NCBI GenBank assembly: GCA_963729625.1
Contig: CAVSOU010000011.1
Location: forward strand, 96,001 to 160,000
Source of the DNA: an uncultured bacterium
GTDB lineage: Bacteria > Chloroflexota > UBA5177 > JANWHV01
DNA: 64,000 nucleotides
Direction of reading: 5' to 3'
Shown: one piece after another, positions 1 through 10,346 of the stretch
How positions within the stretch are numbered: the stretch's first letter is position 1
Layout of the letters: each line of letters starts with the position of its first letter
Translations under genes and position numbers: made by a program
The notes under the pieces: generated by a model
The model's database searches: none
What the model was told of the DNA's origin: nothing
The model's input: the letters and a program-made list of their open reading frames with translations, nothing else

Positions 1-123
1 TTTCGTTGCATGTGCACCTTCGTGTAGCTTCAAGATCGGCGAGGCACGAGATCTGGCCCGCCCTTCGCACAAGGATACCTTTGTCGCGCGCTCCTTGATT
101 GACGGTGATGTCTGTGGCAGGGT

Positions 124-990
124 GTGATCATGAGCGGTATGCGCATCACGGCGGAGCGTTGGCCCTGGCTTCGCCTCTTTCATCCTTTTCCGTCGATCCT
201 GGTTACAGCTTCGTGCGCCGCGTTCGCCGAGATCGCCGCGGGCGGTCACGCCGCGCCCGATCGCTTGGCTCGCCTGATAGCCTCCGTCCTCTGCTCGCAG
301 TTTGCCATCGGTAGCGCGAACGACGTGAAAGATCGTCACCTGGACCGCGCAACCAAGCCGTGGAAGCCGGTAGCGCGCGGCGTGGTAAGCGCCCGCGTGG
401 CCGCGATGCTGGCGCTGGCCCTCTCGCTGGCCTGCCTCGGGTCCTCCCTGTCACTGCCGTGGCCGACGGCGCTGGCCGCGGCACTCGGGCTTGGCTGTGG
501 CCTGTCGTACGATCTTTGGCTGAAGCGAAGCCGATGGAGTTGGCTGCCGTATGGCTTCGCCATACCCACGTTGCCGTTATGGTCCTGGCTGGCAATGGGC
601 AGGTTCAATGCGATCTTGCTGCTGGCCTATCCACTGGGCTTGCTCCTTGGGCTCTCGTTGCACCTGGCGAATACCCTGCCCGACCTCGAAGCCGACTCCG
701 CGTTCGGCGTGGCTGGACTGGCCCACGGCCTTGGCGCGCGCCGAAGCCAGATCGTATGCTGGGCCACCCTGCTGCTGGCACAGTTGATTACATTGGCCTT
801 GGCTCCCGTGCTCAGCTATAGCGGCGTCTGGTACCCGTTGGGACTGGGCGCCTCGGTCGCCTTGCTTGCAGCGGCGATGATCTTGTACCGCATCCGCCCA
901 ACGAGCACCACACAACAAATCAACTTCGGGCTCGTGGCGCTCTCATCCCTGTCGCTTGCCGTCGGTTGGCTCGCAGGTGCGGTCGCCTAA
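124..990 (+). CDS. UbiA-family prenyltransferase
   Basis: Multi-TM hydrophobic ORF with UbiA motifs NDVKDRHLDRATKPWKP and NTLPDLEAD; start may be ATG at 130. Confidence 0.85.
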   Translation: MIMSGMRITAERWPWLRLFHPFPSILVTASCAAFAEIAAGGHAAPDRLARLIASVLCSQFAIGSANDVKDRHLDRATKPWKPVARGVVSARVAAMLALALSLACLGSSLSLPWPTALAAALGLGCGLSYDLWLKRSRWSWLPYGFAIPTLPLWSWLAMGRFNAILLLAYPLGLLLGLSLHLANTLPDLEADSAFGVAGLAHGLGARRSQIVCWATLLLAQLITLALAPVLSYSGVWYPLGLGASVALLAAAMILYRIRPTSTTQQINFGLVALSSLSLAVGWLAGAVA

Positions 991-1035
991 GTCAGACTTG
1001 GTCCGGCGCCGGAAGCATACGCCTGGTAATGGCGG

Positions 1036-1755
1036 TCAGGCCTGCTCGTTCCTGAGCCTTGCCAGCTCCCTGCGCAGCCGGTCGTTGTCCGCTTCGGCTG
1101 CCCGGCGCGCGGCGGCTTCCGCCCGGCGCGCAGCGGCTTCCTGCTGAGGCGAAAGCAGTCGTTCTCCCTCGGCCGTCTCCGCCACGAGCAGACTGCCATC
1201 CACGATCAGCCGCAATTCAAGCACGGCGCTCCACAGACCGCCTTCCGGCTCAGCCCGCCAGGGTACTAGCCGGCAGGACTGATCGCGCCGAAAGCCCGCC
1301 AGCAGCGAGGGAGCATCCTCATGGGGCGTGAAGAGGGCATATTCGGTCGCTCCGAGTGCCCCGTACGCCTGCAACTTGTCTTCCTCATCCCGCTCCACGC
1401 TGGCAGGAGAGACCACTTCCAGCACGAAGGGCGGAAAAGCCCCCTCCACCTCCAGGTCGTATGATCCGCGCGGATGGTCGGGGACAAAGGCGACGAAGCA
1501 ATCCGGCGAGAGCTGCCGCTTCCGCCGGGATCCTTTCCAACGATAGCGTATTGGCAACATGCTGGCCACGAACCATGGGAGGTCATGGGCCAGGGCGTGA
1601 TTGCGCAGGCTGTGGGCGAAGCTGCTCGCCGACCAGAACTGCTGCGTGCCCATCACCATCCAGGGAGCATCCTCCGTATCGTCTTCCAGCGTCAGCATGA
1701 AGAGGTCGTCCTCTTCCGCCTGGGTCAGTGGAGGCTTGCGCCACGAGAGTGCCAT
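1036..1755 (-). CDS. Uma2/DUF820-family PD-(D/E)xK endonuclease-fold protein
   Basis: SPDCFVAF...PPFVLEVVSP...KLQAY...EYALFTP motifs; C-terminal coiled coil (EAAARRA x2); GGAGG RBS. Confidence 0.85.
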   Translation of the reverse strand: MALSWRKPPLTQAEEDDLFMLTLEDDTEDAPWMVMGTQQFWSASSFAHSLRNHALAHDLPWFVASMLPIRYRWKGSRRKRQLSPDCFVAFVPDHPRGSYDLEVEGAFPPFVLEVVSPASVERDEEDKLQAYGALGATEYALFTPHEDAPSLLAGFRRDQSCRLVPWRAEPEGGLWSAVLELRLIVDGSLLVAETAEGERLLSPQQEAAARRAEAAARRAAEADNDRLRRELARLRNEQA

Positions 1756-1856
1756 TGCTGCCCTTACCTCCCAGAACCTGCGCTCGATGCGTGCATTGTA
1801 CCACTGCCCACTGGGTTACTTTGCGGCCGTCACCGATAACTAGCCTGGTCCCCCTT

Positions 1857-1878
1857 GGCAGCGCCCGCGGGCGCTGCC
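1857..1878. terminator. Perfect 22-bp palindrome/hairpin downstream of mannitol dehydrogenase
   Basis: GGCAGCGCCCGCGGGCGCTGCC is its own reverse complement; no clear U-tract, so the terminator role is inferred. Confidence 0.45.
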
Positions 1879-1975
1879 GCCCCCGCACATGAAAACACCG
1901 CTCATCCGGCCACAACTGGCTGGCCCCGACCGCAGTGGGGATCGACTGCCATCCGCAGCTGGAGGCGTTTTCAGT

Positions 1976-3490
1976 CTAGCGCTCGAGATAGTGCTCGAGT
2001 GTCGCCCGCGCGCCTTGGCTGTACAGCATACCGAGAGCTTCTTCCAGCGCCGCGATGAAGTGGGGATTGTCCAGCAGCGCGCCGAAGAGGCTTCGCATCT
2101 CGAGCAGCGGACGCGGATCTTCTTTGCCTTGCAGGGCACGCCTGGTCAGCTCGGATTTCATCCGATCCTCGATCGGGATCGGCTGGCCCTGCTCGTCCAC
2201 TCCGTCAAGGAATCGGAACCACCCGGCTACCGACAGGGTCAGCAGTGCTGTGGGCTGGCCCGTGGCCAGGCCCTCTGCCAGTGTGGGCAGCAGGAACTTC
2301 GGCATGCGTGCCGACGCGTCAAAGCACAGTCGCAGCACCTGGTCCCGCACTTTTGGATTCGAGAATCGCTCGATCAGCGACCGTTTGTACGCTGTCAGAT
2401 CCACGCCAGGAACCGGCGCGAGATGCTGTGTGATCTCTTCGTCCATCAATCGCGCGATGAACGTCCGGAGTTGCGCGTTGCTCATAAGGTCATCGACGTA
2501 GCGGTAGCCGCAGAGATATCCGAGGTACGCCATGGCCTGGTGGCTGGCGTTCAGCAACCGCATCTTCATCAGCTCATACGGGTGAACGTCTTCCACGAAC
2601 TGCACGCCGACTTCCTCAAGCGGTGGCCGGCCATTGCAGAAGTGGTCTTCAATAACCCACTGCCGGAACGGCTCACACATGACCGGCCAGGCATCGCGGA
2701 TGCCGAAACGCGTGGCCACCATCTCGCGGTCCGCGTCGGCGGTCGCCGGCGTGATGCGGTCCACCATGGCGCTGGGGAAGGCAACGTTGGCGTCTATCCA
2801 GTTGGCCAGCGATGGGTCCCGGAGCGTGGCAAAGGCCACGATCACGCGTTTGGCGATAGCGCCGTTGCGCTCCACGTTGTCGCAAGAGAGCACCGTGAAT
2901 GGTGGCTTTCCCGATAGACGGCGGCGATTCAGCGCCTCGCACAGGTAGCCAAACACGGTCGAAGGCATAGCTGGATGCTCCAGGTCGGCCACGACGTCTG
3001 GATTCGACGCTTCGAACTCGCCGGTGATCTGGTTGAAGTTGTATCCACCCTCGGTAATGGTGAGGCTCACGATGCGCGTCCGATCGCTCGCCAGCGTATC
3101 CAGCACCTCGTCACGGTGCTCGGGTGCGAACATGTACTGCGTGATGGACCCGATTACTCGCGGGTGTTCGAGCTCGGCGCTGCGCTCAACCAGCGTGTAG
3201 AGGCAATCCTGAGACTGCAGCGCTACTTCCATGCGCTTGTCTTGGGGCAGCAGCCCGATGCCGCACACCCCCCAGTCTAGCGACGCGCCCGAGCTCGCCA
3301 GGTCGTCGAGATAGAGCGCCTGGTGCGCGCGGTGAAACCCTCCGACCCCGATATGTGCGATCGCGGGAACGAGGTCCTGCCTTGCATAGGACGGAGTCCT
3401 GACACGCCCAGAAATGGCGTGAAGTCCAGAGTTGCTCAGTGGAATTGCGCGCACGGCCGCGGCCGACTGTGGGTCGCTCGGAGGAGTCAT
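1976..3490 (-). CDS. Mannitol dehydrogenase family protein (mannitol 2-dehydrogenase-like)
   Basis: HIGVGGFHRAHQA, SLTITEGGY, VLSCDN, MVDRITP, CEPFRQWVIED, KMRLLNASH motifs. Confidence 0.92.
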   Translation of the reverse strand: MTPPSDPQSAAAVRAIPLSNSGLHAISGRVRTPSYARQDLVPAIAHIGVGGFHRAHQALYLDDLASSGASLDWGVCGIGLLPQDKRMEVALQSQDCLYTLVERSAELEHPRVIGSITQYMFAPEHRDEVLDTLASDRTRIVSLTITEGGYNFNQITGEFEASNPDVVADLEHPAMPSTVFGYLCEALNRRRLSGKPPFTVLSCDNVERNGAIAKRVIVAFATLRDPSLANWIDANVAFPSAMVDRITPATADADREMVATRFGIRDAWPVMCEPFRQWVIEDHFCNGRPPLEEVGVQFVEDVHPYELMKMRLLNASHQAMAYLGYLCGYRYVDDLMSNAQLRTFIARLMDEEITQHLAPVPGVDLTAYKRSLIERFSNPKVRDQVLRLCFDASARMPKFLLPTLAEGLATGQPTALLTLSVAGWFRFLDGVDEQGQPIPIEDRMKSELTRRALQGKEDPRPLLEMRSLFGALLDNPHFIAALEEALGMLYSQGARATLEHYLER

Positions 3491-3683
3491 AGCCGAATGG
3501 TCTCCTATCTCTCGAAATCTTCATGCACAACTGCAGCTAGCCAGCGTGCTTCCTGTCCGCGGCAGTGCCGCGGTATACCCTCGCGTCCTGGCAGCAGCTC
3601 CTGAATGAATGCGAAGAAGGAAGCCAGCCGGCAGTATTGTATACCAGACAGTCGCGTGTTGGGTGCATTATTGCGGCTGCACT

Positions 3684-3893
3684 TCGTGGAACGAGTTCTT
3701 CTTCGCCTACATGCTCATGGCCGGAAATGCCGGCACGCTGCCGATCTACCTGGTGCGTTTCATGAGCAGTCACGGCCAAAGTCTCGCGAGCATGTCCGCG
3801 GCCTCGACAATCGCGGTTGCGCCGGTCTTTGCCGCGGGCTGGATCGCCCAGCGCTCGCTCGTCCGCGGGCTCACCATGGGCGCCGTGAAGTAA
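3684..3893 (+). pseudogene. C-terminal remnant of a carbohydrate (polyol-type) ABC permease
   Basis: SWNEFFFA...TLPIYL...QRSLVRGLTMGAVK* is a MalG-type permease C-terminus; no N-terminal part present. Confidence 0.75.
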
Positions 3894-3952
3894 CACTGCG
3901 CGCGGTGCCCATGCGCCGGTCTCAGTCATGGTCTCGACCCAGCGAGCGGCTT

Positions 3953-6910
3953 CTAGTCGCCCGCCCAGTCATCATCCGCATCGCCGTCGCGATTCGTGGA
4001 AGATGGCGACCTCCACGCGCTCAGTTCCGTTCTCAGTGGTTTAGGGACCGACTCGGCAGGGTGCGCGAGCTGCCAATCGACGACCTCCAGGAGCGGGCCG
4101 GCAGCGTCGACGACCGTGAGATTGAGGGTGCTGGACTCGGCCGCGGGCAGCAACGAAAGCACCGGATTCGCAGCCTTGTACTGTGCTGATGTCTCGTCGA
4201 TGAACGGCGGCGCCGGCTGCAGCGCGTAGGGCCGTAAGTCTGCCGCTGTGAGGCTTGACACGGTGTTCTTGTCCTGGAACAGGTTATAGAGGGCGGCGGC
4301 GTTTTGGTCGTATGTGCTCAGGTACGGGAGGTCGAGCATCAGCTCGATGGTTTTCAGTACCGATGCCTGGCTGTAGCGCACATGGCTGACGAAGCCCGCC
4401 TTCCCGTCCGTTCCCACGTGCTTGGCGTACGGGCTGATCACGTACAGCAGGTTGCGATGGCCGTCGCGATGATCCAACCCGTCCTGACTGTCGTCCTCCA
4501 TCACGAAGACCGCGGTCGTGGGCCAGTACGACGAGTGACTCAGCGCCTGCACGATGAGACCCAGACCGGCGTCGTTCTGGGCCACGCGCGACCTTGGCGT
4601 GTTCGTGAAGGCCAATCCACCGGTGTGATCGCCCGGGAGAATGACGTAGCTGAAATTGTTGAGACGCGCCGACGAACCCCGGATTTGCACGCCTCGGGTA
4701 TCAAGTCCGTTGTCGGTCAAGAAGGCCGCGGCATCCTTGCGATTGTCGACGTCGAAGGTGAAGATACTGCCGCCTTTGAGGTCGATGTTCGCGCTGGGCA
4801 CCGGCGTGCAGTGCTCGGGAACCCCTGGCGACGCATTGCCGGGTATGGGAGCGACCTCGCCGATTGCGCTCGGATTGGCGATTCCGATGATCTCTCCATA
4901 GTCCTTGAAGGTGAACGCGCCGTGGGTGGCCTGCTGGCGGGCCAACGCCGCCTGGAAGATAGAGCAGGCCCGCGGCTCCGCCAGTGAGGACAGCGGATCC
5001 TCAAGATGGTGGCGGGGTGAGTAGTACAGGCGCCAGGACTTCTCGACATAATCTGAGACATTGGCGCTGGAGGTCCAGTAATGGCCCTGGATGCTTGCCT
5101 CGCCGTCCGAGAAGAAGTTGTCGCTTGTGGCGTATGCCGGGTCGGACGTTCCCGGCATCGGATCCCCGACGAGCGCGTGGGCATTCGGCGTCACGGAGCG
5201 GCCGAAAACGGTGAAGGCGGGCTCGCCGTCGATCACGGTCCGGCTTCGCCCCTGGTCAACGCCGGCGTCGCCGAGCACCTGGTCGAAAGTGCGGTTCTCT
5301 CGCACGATCAGCACGACATGCGAGATTGGGCTGGGATCGCCGGCCACGGCCGGGATAGGATTGTGGAGTGAACGCGTCGTATCGGCTGCCGCGGCGTACT
5401 CGATGTCCTGCCGCGCCGTCGTGCCGCCGGCGCGCAATGCCTGCGCATCCGGGGCCGGCACCGCCTGCAGCAGGCCCGGCATGTTGTTGCCAACGTATTG
5501 GTACGTGGAGGTTATCGGCGCGGGGCGGCTTCCCAGTCCCTTCGCGTCGACGATGTACACGGTGCGGCCATCGCGGCTAACGGCGACGGCGCTCGGATAC
5601 CAGCCGGCCGGCAGGAAGCCGGTCACCTTGAAGGCACCCGGCGCTGGGCTCACCGCCCGCCTGGCTGATGGGGCCGCCGCCAGTGCGGCAGCGTCGAGCA
5701 CGGCCACCGCGTTGTCGCCCGCGAGCGCCACATAGAGCCGGCGCCCATCGGGGCTGACGGCCACGGAGTTCGGCACGGCGCCAAGGGCCTCATGCTGCAG
5801 CACGTGGAGCGGAATGGCAACAGCCTGGCGCTGACCGGCAGTGGTGACGATGGAGAGCGTATCGTCGTTGGCGTTTGCCACGTAGAGTTGGGAGCCATCT
5901 GGACTGAGGGCCACGGCGGTCGGATGGTCGCCTACCGCGATGTAGCCGTGCACGCTGCCCTGGCCGTCGCGCAGATCCACCACCGCGATCTCTCCCGCGC
6001 CCTGCAGGGCGACATATGCCGTTCGGCTGTCGGAGCTGACGGCGACGCCGTACGGGTAGCCACCCCCGAGCACCGGTAGGCCAAAGCGTATGCTGGTGAT
6101 CGCGTACGTCGTGGTATTGACGATGTCGAGCGAATCATCCAGCTCGTGCGTGACGAGCAGATAGCGGCCATCAGGAGTCACGGCGACGTCTTTGGTCATG
6201 CCCGAGCCGAGGAGTGAGGGCACGCTACTCGGCAGCACGATCGTGCGGAGCGGATGCGAGGCCACGACATCCCCGGACACGGCGAAATCATACACCGAGT
6301 CGTTTCCGCCCCCGGCCGCGTAGAGGTGCCGTCCGTCGGGCGAAAAGGCAACACCGCTGTAGAAGTCGTTGAACGTACCGGCGCCGTGATTCGCGCGATT
6401 GTACGTGGTAGGAACTGCCGTGACTACCTCGCTCCTTCCCATTTGCAGATTGACAACGGACAGCGATTCGTCCGGCGCATGCGTGGAAGGATCACCGGCT
6501 GACTTCGAGAGGGCCGGGTCCGGCGGATTCGCATAGGGGCAGGGCTGTCCGCCCTGACCGCCAACATCGCAGTAGCTGCTGAAGCCGTTGTTCAGGCCGA
6601 ATCCCTGCCCGCTATTGATGGCCGCGGCAAGCACGCCGTCGGGAGAGATAGCCAGGCCCAGCGGGAAATCGCCGAGGTCATACAGCCTGCCTGCGGGGGT
6701 GACAAGCCTGCCGTTCGGCAGTACGGTGCCCGTGCCGACGCTGCGAAGCGGCGCGGCCACAGCCGCCGGCAGGCTGCCTGGCACGGAGCCGCTACGCGAG
6801 TAACTCAGACTTCCGGACAGGAGGAGCACGGCGACGAGGAGGCCACCGGCGAGCGAAGGGCGAGATCGGCTGGCGACGAACATCATCCTGACCTCCCGCA
6901 TACGGGACAA
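3953..6910 (-). CDS. Secreted YncE/YVTN beta-propeller plus alkaline-phosphatase-superfamily phosphoesterase
   Basis: Signal peptide; repeated SPDGxxLYV blades; ENRTFDQVLGD, SDNFFSDGEAS, GDHT, EDDSQDGLDHRDGHR motifs; exact start uncertain. Confidence 0.85.
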   Translation of the reverse strand: MSRMREVRMMFVASRSRPSLAGGLLVAVLLLSGSLSYSRSGSVPGSLPAAVAAPLRSVGTGTVLPNGRLVTPAGRLYDLGDFPLGLAISPDGVLAAAINSGQGFGLNNGFSSYCDVGGQGGQPCPYANPPDPALSKSAGDPSTHAPDESLSVVNLQMGRSEVVTAVPTTYNRANHGAGTFNDFYSGVAFSPDGRHLYAAGGGNDSVYDFAVSGDVVASHPLRTIVLPSSVPSLLGSGMTKDVAVTPDGRYLLVTHELDDSLDIVNTTTYAITSIRFGLPVLGGGYPYGVAVSSDSRTAYVALQGAGEIAVVDLRDGQGSVHGYIAVGDHPTAVALSPDGSQLYVANANDDTLSIVTTAGQRQAVAIPLHVLQHEALGAVPNSVAVSPDGRRLYVALAGDNAVAVLDAAALAAAPSARRAVSPAPGAFKVTGFLPAGWYPSAVAVSRDGRTVYIVDAKGLGSRPAPITSTYQYVGNNMPGLLQAVPAPDAQALRAGGTTARQDIEYAAAADTTRSLHNPIPAVAGDPSPISHVVLIVRENRTFDQVLGDAGVDQGRSRTVIDGEPAFTVFGRSVTPNAHALVGDPMPGTSDPAYATSDNFFSDGEASIQGHYWTSSANVSDYVEKSWRLYYSPRHHLEDPLSSLAEPRACSIFQAALARQQATHGAFTFKDYGEIIGIANPSAIGEVAPIPGNASPGVPEHCTPVPSANIDLKGGSIFTFDVDNRKDAAAFLTDNGLDTRGVQIRGSSARLNNFSYVILPGDHTGGLAFTNTPRSRVAQNDAGLGLIVQALSHSSYWPTTAVFVMEDDSQDGLDHRDGHRNLLYVISPYAKHVGTDGKAGFVSHVRYSQASVLKTIELMLDLPYLSTYDQNAAALYNLFQDKNTVSSLTAADLRPYALQPAPPFIDETSAQYKAANPVLSLLPAAESSTLNLTVVDAAGPLLEVVDWQLAHPAESVPKPLRTELSAWRSPSSTNRDGDADDDWAGD

Positions 6911-6961
6911 CTCTCCCCATAGCGTACGAGGTTTTGCCGGGCGGAGGACACGCGTGCTGCT

Positions 6962-8224
6962 CTACCCCGCGGCTTCCGCGTGCGCGCCCTCGGGCTGGCC
7001 TGCAGCTGCCGGCAGGTAGCTATCGGCGTGGCCGAGAGCCGTGAACGAAAATGACAAGGGGATCACGATGGTGATAGCGCCGATGATGCCGTAGATCAGG
7101 GCGACGTTGCCCGTCACCTGAATGGCCACGCCTCCGAGCAACGTGCCCACCGGAATGGCGGACCAGGCAAGCACCCCCGCGACGCTTATCACTCTGCCCA
7201 GCATGTGGTTTGGCACGATTGCCTGGCGCAGGCTGCCGGTGTTGATGTTGAAGAGAATGCCCAGACCGGCGGCCAGGCCCCAGCAGAGCAGTGCCAGGGG
7301 ATACCAGCTCACCAGAGCCATGGCGACCGTGCAGAGTCCGCTCAGCATCAGCGCGGAGAGCGCGACCTTGCTGAATGAGTAGCGCTTTCGCAACGGGCCC
7401 GCCGCGAGGGATAGCACGACGATGCCGATGCTCTCGACGGAGTACAGCACGCCGATCTGTGCCGTACCGGCGTGCAAGTGCTGCCGCCCGTACAGGACGA
7501 GCTGCGCGTACGTCGTCGAGCCGAAGAAATTAACGAGAGCCATCATAGCCGAGATGTTCCGCAACACCGGATGGGACAGTACATAACGCAGTCCCTCGCC
7601 GATGTCGCGAAGAATGCTTGCCGTGTGATCTCTCTCGGCCGTATTGAAGGGCGCACGGATCAGGGCGAGCGAGCCGGCAGCGATCAGGAATGACGCGGCA
7701 TCGAAATACAGCACCCGTTCAATGGGCATGACCGCCGCGAGCATACCGGCCAGCAGAGGACCGGCTATCTGCACGGTCGAGTAGCTTGCCTGGATGCGGC
7801 CGTTGGCGCTCACCAGGTCGTCCGGGCGCACCAGACTGGGCACAACCGCGAATTCCGCACTGCTGAAGCAGATACCCAGTGTTGAGCCGACAAAGCCCAT
7901 GGCATAGATCCACCAGATCACCAGATGGCCAGAGGCGGCCAGGGTCGGGATAGAGCCGACGACCAGTGCCTGCAGCACGTTCGTGACGAGCATGAGACGC
8001 CGCCGGTCCGTGCGGTCCACCCAGGCGCCGATGATCAGGCCAAACAGCAAATATGGAAGGAAGGCGGCGGCGCTGGTGAGAGCGAGATTCACCGCGGAGC
8101 CCGTGAGCCGGTATACGAGCAGGGGCAGAGCCAGGTTCGTGAATGAGGTTCCCAGGGTCGAGATAGCCTGACCGCTCCAGAAGATCCAGAAATCGCGGCT
8201 CAGGCCGGACCGCGTACCTGTCAT
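6962..8224 (-). CDS. MFS transporter (H+ antiporter/macrolide-efflux-like family)
   Basis: RDFWIFWSGQAISTLG, GAWVDRTDRRRLM motif A, about 12 TM; ATG at 8224 overlaps the upstream stop (ATGA). Confidence 0.9.
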   Translation of the reverse strand: MTGTRSGLSRDFWIFWSGQAISTLGTSFTNLALPLLVYRLTGSAVNLALTSAAAFLPYLLFGLIIGAWVDRTDRRRLMLVTNVLQALVVGSIPTLAASGHLVIWWIYAMGFVGSTLGICFSSAEFAVVPSLVRPDDLVSANGRIQASYSTVQIAGPLLAGMLAAVMPIERVLYFDAASFLIAAGSLALIRAPFNTAERDHTASILRDIGEGLRYVLSHPVLRNISAMMALVNFFGSTTYAQLVLYGRQHLHAGTAQIGVLYSVESIGIVVLSLAAGPLRKRYSFSKVALSALMLSGLCTVAMALVSWYPLALLCWGLAAGLGILFNINTGSLRQAIVPNHMLGRVISVAGVLAWSAIPVGTLLGGVAIQVTGNVALIYGIIGAITIVIPLSFSFTALGHADSYLPAAAGQPEGAHAEAAG

Positions 8225-9972
8225 GATGTCACCGCGTACACCTGCGTGCCGTCGGGGAAGCGCTTGACCAATGGCAGGTGAGCGGCATCCGGTGGCGACG
8301 GCCGTCCGATCCAATCGGGATGCCAGATCACGTAGCGTACACCCCACCGCAGCAGCAGCCGTTCGGCGGCGGCATCGGGCCAGCGATTGAGCGTGGCGGC
8401 GTCGCTTTCGTAGGAGGCCGGTGTGTAGCCGCCCAGGCCGTTGACGATCGGCCGCCAGTGGTACGCCGCGTAGTACGTCATCAGCGCCTGCTGGGACCAA
8501 ATTGTCTTGTTCTGTTGTCCGATTGGAAGCTCGAGCACTGCCGTGCCGGCCGGCTGGCTCTTCAGCCAGTGGTAGACCTGAGGCACATTCTCGCCTGTCG
8601 CCACGGACGGGGTGTCGATCGGCGCGATCCAGTATTCAGCCAGAATCGCGACGCAGAGCATGGCGGCAATCAGGCGCCTGCGGCGAGGCAGTGCATCGGC
8701 CAGGCGACTCTCCACGATCGCCGTGCCCCAGGCGGCGAGGAGGGCAAGCGCCACGAAGCCGATGAAGAAGAAGCGCGCGATGTCCCGAAAGCTGTTGAAG
8801 CCAGGCACATGATCGTAGAGCAGCACGAATGGCAGTGGGAGGCTGTAGAGCCGATCGAATGCCTTGAGCTGCACTCCCAGAGCCAGGATGCCGGCAAGCA
8901 GTGCCATGCCGCCGTACATGCGTATCTCCCACGACCCGCCGCGGTGCCGCCACGCCAGCCAGGCAAGCGCAAGGGCCACCACGCCGGGGAACAGATACTG
9001 CTGGGCATCCTGACCGGCCACGCCCAACACGTGCTCGGTCCAGCCGTAGAGCGCGCTGGACGGCGGCATGCGCAGGAAATCACGGAGATCCGCGGCGAAG
9101 TAGATGGCCTGATCGCGGCTTCGCTGGGACGTGGCAGCGCCCTGAAGCCGCAGGTACGGCACGATCACCGGCAGGAGCAGCATGGATAGCCCGGCGGCCG
9201 CGGCCACGACGCCGATCGCAAAGCGCCTCGCTCGATGCCAACCGGCATGCAGGACGTACGCGAGCAGGTAGACCAGCAGGCATGTTGCCAGGAACGCGGC
9301 ATAGTAGATGCTGCAAAGCGCCAACAGGGCGTAGAACGCTACCATGCACGCCAGCTCGCGTGCCAGTCTTACGCGGTTGCCCGCGGACGCCGCCGTCCTG
9401 GCGCGTTCCCAGAACAGCAGAACCAGGGGCAGCCACTGTCCGGACAGCTGGTTGAGATGGCCGAGGTGGGACATGCGATATGGGCAGAAGGCCACGATAA
9501 TGCCGGCCACGAGCGCGCCTGCCGCGTTCCCGGTCATGTAGAGCGCGAGGAGATAGGCAAACGCGCCGCACATCACGAACGAGAGGAGAAACAGCATGTT
9601 GTAGGTGAATGCCGCGTTGGCGCCACTCAGCAAGTACAGCGGCGTGGAAAGCGGCAGCAGCCCGATCAGCGTATCGTTGTAGATCAGCGCATTGGCATGC
9701 GGATAATAGATGTTGCCCTGAAGCAGCTGCGAGGGCGCCGTGGTGAGGGCGTGAACCGACCAGGCGACCAGCCATGATTCATTGGGCGGATCGCCGAGGT
9801 CCGCTGGGAAACTGTTCCCGATGTGCCGCACCACGGGCCGGAACAGCACCGCGGTAATCGCGGTGTAGACCAGGACAGCGACAAGGAAGCACGCCCATGT
9901 CGGCCCGGCGCTGCTCCCGGCCGCGCGTGCTGAACGATCTGCGAGCGCCGCATTTGTCGGAGAAATGGCCAC
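8221..9972 (-). CDS. Polytopic membrane protein, GT-C/YfhO-like glycosyltransferase
   Basis: GDPPNESWLVAW, GNIYYPHANAL, FCPYRMSHLGHL, VLELP, HWRPIVNGLGGY; many TMs; GTG start at 9972 inferred. Confidence 0.65.
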   Translation of the reverse strand: MAISPTNAALADRSARAAGSSAGPTWACFLVAVLVYTAITAVLFRPVVRHIGNSFPADLGDPPNESWLVAWSVHALTTAPSQLLQGNIYYPHANALIYNDTLIGLLPLSTPLYLLSGANAAFTYNMLFLLSFVMCGAFAYLLALYMTGNAAGALVAGIIVAFCPYRMSHLGHLNQLSGQWLPLVLLFWERARTAASAGNRVRLARELACMVAFYALLALCSIYYAAFLATCLLVYLLAYVLHAGWHRARRFAIGVVAAAAGLSMLLLPVIVPYLRLQGAATSQRSRDQAIYFAADLRDFLRMPPSSALYGWTEHVLGVAGQDAQQYLFPGVVALALAWLAWRHRGGSWEIRMYGGMALLAGILALGVQLKAFDRLYSLPLPFVLLYDHVPGFNSFRDIARFFFIGFVALALLAAWGTAIVESRLADALPRRRRLIAAMLCVAILAEYWIAPIDTPSVATGENVPQVYHWLKSQPAGTAVLELPIGQQNKTIWSQQALMTYYAAYHWRPIVNGLGGYTPASYESDAATLNRWPDAAAERLLLRWGVRYVIWHPDWIGRPSPPDAAHLPLVKRFPDGTQVYAVTS

Positions 9973-9986
9973 CGAAGGCGCCCGGC

Positions 9987-10346
9987 CTACTTGCGGTATC
10001 GGTGGAGCGCGTACGTTTGATCCTGGGTCTTCGGCGCGTCCGATTTCTCCCGGATGGTGCTGCTGGAGTGGCAGAGCCCGCACTCAACCATAAGCACCTC
10101 CACACCGCCGAACCGCATCCTGGACTTGATGTGGTCCTTCGTGAGCTGGGCCGAGCGGCAGTGCGGGCAACGAATGCCCGCCTCTTCGAAATACTCGACG
10201 TTCATGGTGATCGTCATGTGTTGCAGGCCAATCTGCTTCAGGCCGCGAAGCCACGGGGTTGAGTCAGTTTGGTCGCGCTTGCCGTATCTTTCCCGAAATC
10301 CTGCTGAGCGGTAGTCGTTTCGAATATCCCGTTTCTTCCGTAGCAT
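9987..10346 (-). CDS. Small basic zinc-ribbon protein (CPHC...CGLC)
   Basis: Two CxxC pairs; purine-rich RBS; ends 14 nt before the inferred start of the next gene. Confidence 0.65.
   Translation of the reverse strand: MLRKKRDIRNDYRSAGFRERYGKRDQTDSTPWLRGLKQIGLQHMTITMNVEYFEEAGIRCPHCRSAQLTKDHIKSRMRFGGVEVLMVECGLCHSSSTIREKSDAPKTQDQTYALHRYRK

Noticed and set aside
1099-1140. 21-bp tandem duplication in the Uma2 gene
   Set aside because: Encodes the EAAARRA coiled-coil heptads typical of this family's tails
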